Both the position numbers and the translations under genes were made by a program. From assembly GCA_965153285.1 (NCBI GenBank), contig OZ229119.1: 64,000 nt of DNA, one strand, 5' to 3'. The notes beneath the pieces are model-generated. The model did no database searches. It saw only the letters and a program-made list of their open reading frames with translations, and was not told the origin of the DNA. Positions 61,191 to 64,000 of this stretch are shown here, piece by piece. The DNA comes from Podarcis tiliguerta. Lineage: Eukaryota. How positions within the stretch are numbered: position 1 is the first letter of the stretch; each line of letters begins with the position of its first letter.

Positions 61191-63169
61191 ATAACGATGA
61201 TAAATACCACCATCGTCAGCACCACCGTAACTAGACTCTGCCAAAATCGAGTTTTGTCATCTCCCAACAACAAGCTTATAGAACCAGGAGGCCTAGTCTG
61301 GAAATGTGGTCTATCAATCTTAGCTTACATAGCAAATGCAAAATGAATTTTGGGTAATGAAAGAGCATTGGGTGATGCAGGAACCAAGATTTTAAAAGTC
61401 AGTGAATCTCAACTCCTGTCCCCAAATTTTCAGGGGCTTAATATTAATGTGACATTTCAAAACAGACTACATAATGACCAAGTTCACATTTGCACTAGCA
61501 GATAAATTTTAACAACTGCTTCTGTTTTGATCTGTTCCATGTTTCTAGCAACAGGACTATAAAATTCAGAGCAGGAAGACAACAGGCATAGGACATGATA
61601 CAAGATTTTGTTAAGTGTTAGGGCCCTGGCAAAACTGTATTGCACTGCAATGACCCCACTGCAATTATGTGCCTGTTTCCAGAGCACATAAAAAGAGGAC
61701 TGTTGGCAGGATATGTAGTTACTGGAGTATTTTTACCATTCCAGGAAGAAGCAATAATTAGTTCAAGTTTAAGACGTTCATAACACAACGATGGTTAGCA
61801 AGAAATGAGGTTAGTTTTAGAAACAAACTGGATAAATAGTCCTGTTAATGTTCATTTGATAAAGGGAAGTTTAACTGTTGATAACTGGAGTTAAATACTT
61901 AGGATCACATTTCTATAATAGGGTAACATGATTGTTTAAGATGGCTTAGTCTGTAGGTTGATCTTTTTATATTATAATCCATGGCTATTTTTGTGTGTGT
62001 TAAAAAAATAATTTCATAATATATGAATTGATTTTTGATGTCAACACAGTAGACACTTATATCTTACTCAGGTTCCACAACAAACATATACCAAATAACC
62101 CAGTTATGATTTACATAAATCTTTCAATACTGAATAGTGTAGTTGATTCCAAAAGACATTTATGGTTTAAAAGTGTGACACACTTAATGGGAAGGGCATA
62201 GCTCACTGGTAGAACATATGTTGTGCTTGCTGAAGATTCCAGTTTTAATCTACATGTCCAGTTAAAAGGACCACTGTAACAGATTTCTGAAAGTCCCAAT
62301 AACTTGGGAGAGATTCTGATAGTTTGAGTGGGCAACATTGGCCCAATCTGATTAGTTGTAAGACAGATTTATATGTGTCTTATACCAGTGACTACCGTAA
62401 GTTTTGCACTCTGAGCAAGTTACAACAGCAACCATCCTATCAGGGTTGTTGCAAAGACAAACTGAGAAGACAGTATTTAGTAGTTTTATATGAAAAAGTA
62501 TTCAGTATACAACCTCACTATCCATCCAGCCATCCACCACCAAAGGAAGTTAAATAATTGGCACATTTACTATTAAAGTCAAGCAGATACAGTACCACTA
62601 TTACACCAGTATTGCATACAGATGTGTCACTTAAAAGTTCTATTATCCTGCTGCATTATTTTATGGGTAAATGTGCTAATATGGCAGTTAAAAAAAATCT
62701 GGTTGTAAGATGTAAACATCCTTAAATAGACAAGTGTTTTATTCCTCAACAGTTTTATGTTTTGGAAGCATTTGGCGATGAGCAGTACACAGATCAACAA
62801 AAAGGAGCAGTTTTTCATAAGTGTGCAGCCTGCTTAGCTGTTCTGTGAAAGCTGACAGAAAATTTATTTATTTCAATACTTGACCGAGCCAACTTCTTGG
62901 TAGAAGGAATGCCAGGGACAGAGATAACATCACTCCTCTGACGTGTCCTTTGGCTTTTTCCCTTGTATAGAATGTTCCTAAAATAATCTCCATTTTCTGT
63001 GACTTTTTAAAAAAATTAAGCAAACTGACAGCTATTTGTCTGAACACCACCCCCGCCCATAAAGTCAACCATCATTCCCCATTGCAATTTTGACAAAACA
63101 AATCAGGGACTGACTACTGGGTTGTTGCCTCCTTTGCAATGGTTCTGCAGTGAGGGTAGAAAGCTACTT

Positions 63170-63636
63170 AGCCTAGGACCCTCGTACCTACGGGACCGCC
63201 TCTCCTGGTATGCCCCACAGAGAAACCTACGCTCGTCAAATAAAAACATCCTGAAGGTCCCAGGCCTCAGAGAGGTTAGGCTGGCCTCAACTAGAGCCAG
63301 GGCTTTCTCGGCTGCGGCTCCAATCTGGTGGAACGCTCTGTCACAAGAGACTAGGGCCCTGCGGGACCTGACATCTTTCCGCAGAGCCTGCAAGACAGAG
63401 TTGTTCCACCAGGCCTTTGGTCAGGGCCCAGCCTGACTCCCTCCTCTGGCAACCTGCACAGAATTTTGCTTAACGGTTGCCATTAATTTGACTTTAATTA
63501 ATTTTTATAATGGAATGTTTTTAGAATGTTTGATTATTTGATTGTTTGATTATTTAATTGTTGTTAGCCGCCCTGAGCCCGGCTTCGGCTGGGGAGGGCG
63601 GGATATAAATAAAAAATTTTATTATTATTATTATTA
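63170..63636 (+). mobile_element. L2 LINE 3' end (ORF2 C-terminus, 3' UTR and (TTA)n tail)
   Basis: LGPSYLRDRL...RNLRSS...RARAFSAAAPIWWNAL...FRRACKTELFHQAF is a typical L2 ORF2 tail. 3' stem gccgccctgagcc...ggggagggcgggatataaataaa followed by (tta)n. Confidence 0.9.
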
Positions 63637-64000
63637 GCAACTACTGTTTCTGTGAGGTGCGTGGATTAGGATGGGCAGAAAGTCTGAACATACATAAGCA
63701 TTTATACTACACTTTATGCTGGCTGAAGCTGACGGGCGTTGTAGACCTGGAAAGTGCCAGGTTAGGGAAGTCTGTGTTAGAGGCCTCATGTACTTTGTCC
63801 AGGATCTTAAGGGCTGAGCAGCTAATTTTGTCAGTACCAAGTAGACTTTACACTTGTTCGTAAATGGCAGTAGAATGTGAAACACAATAAACTGCTTTTG
63901 AGAATAAGAAGGGGGGGCGGTTCAAAAGCAATTTGCAATATAGCCCCCCCAAAAAATTAGCTGTTAAAAAAAACAATGAAGTCTACATGGTTTTCTACAG

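Overview
Vertebrate genomic DNA, most likely a squamate (lizard), inferred from a full-length Sauria-type SINE plus BovB, CR1, L2, hAT and Tc1/mariner repeats. The window holds the 3' half of MICAL3 ([F-actin]-monooxygenase MICAL3) on the minus strand. I traced 13 core coding exons by hand from 59733 to the stop at 10089. They encode the post-LIM acidic linker, the Pro/Ser-rich region and the C-terminal bMERB Rab-binding domain, with GT-AG boundaries and consistent phases; one acceptor (44777) is ambiguous. Five more frame-preserving candidate cassette exons (90, 63, 51, 51 and 66 nt) lie in the introns. Two of them insert into the bMERB domain, and one carries a CPCC cysteine cluster. Several have RBFOX/QKI motifs or long AG-exclusion zones. 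A 3' UTR of about 3.3-3.9 kb follows, then a CpG-island promoter and first exon of the next minus-strand gene (BID by human synteny, inference only). Nearly all ORFs in the supplied track are spurious. I found no evidence of a wholly new gene system. The most interesting signal is the alternative-splicing architecture of the MICAL3 C-terminus.
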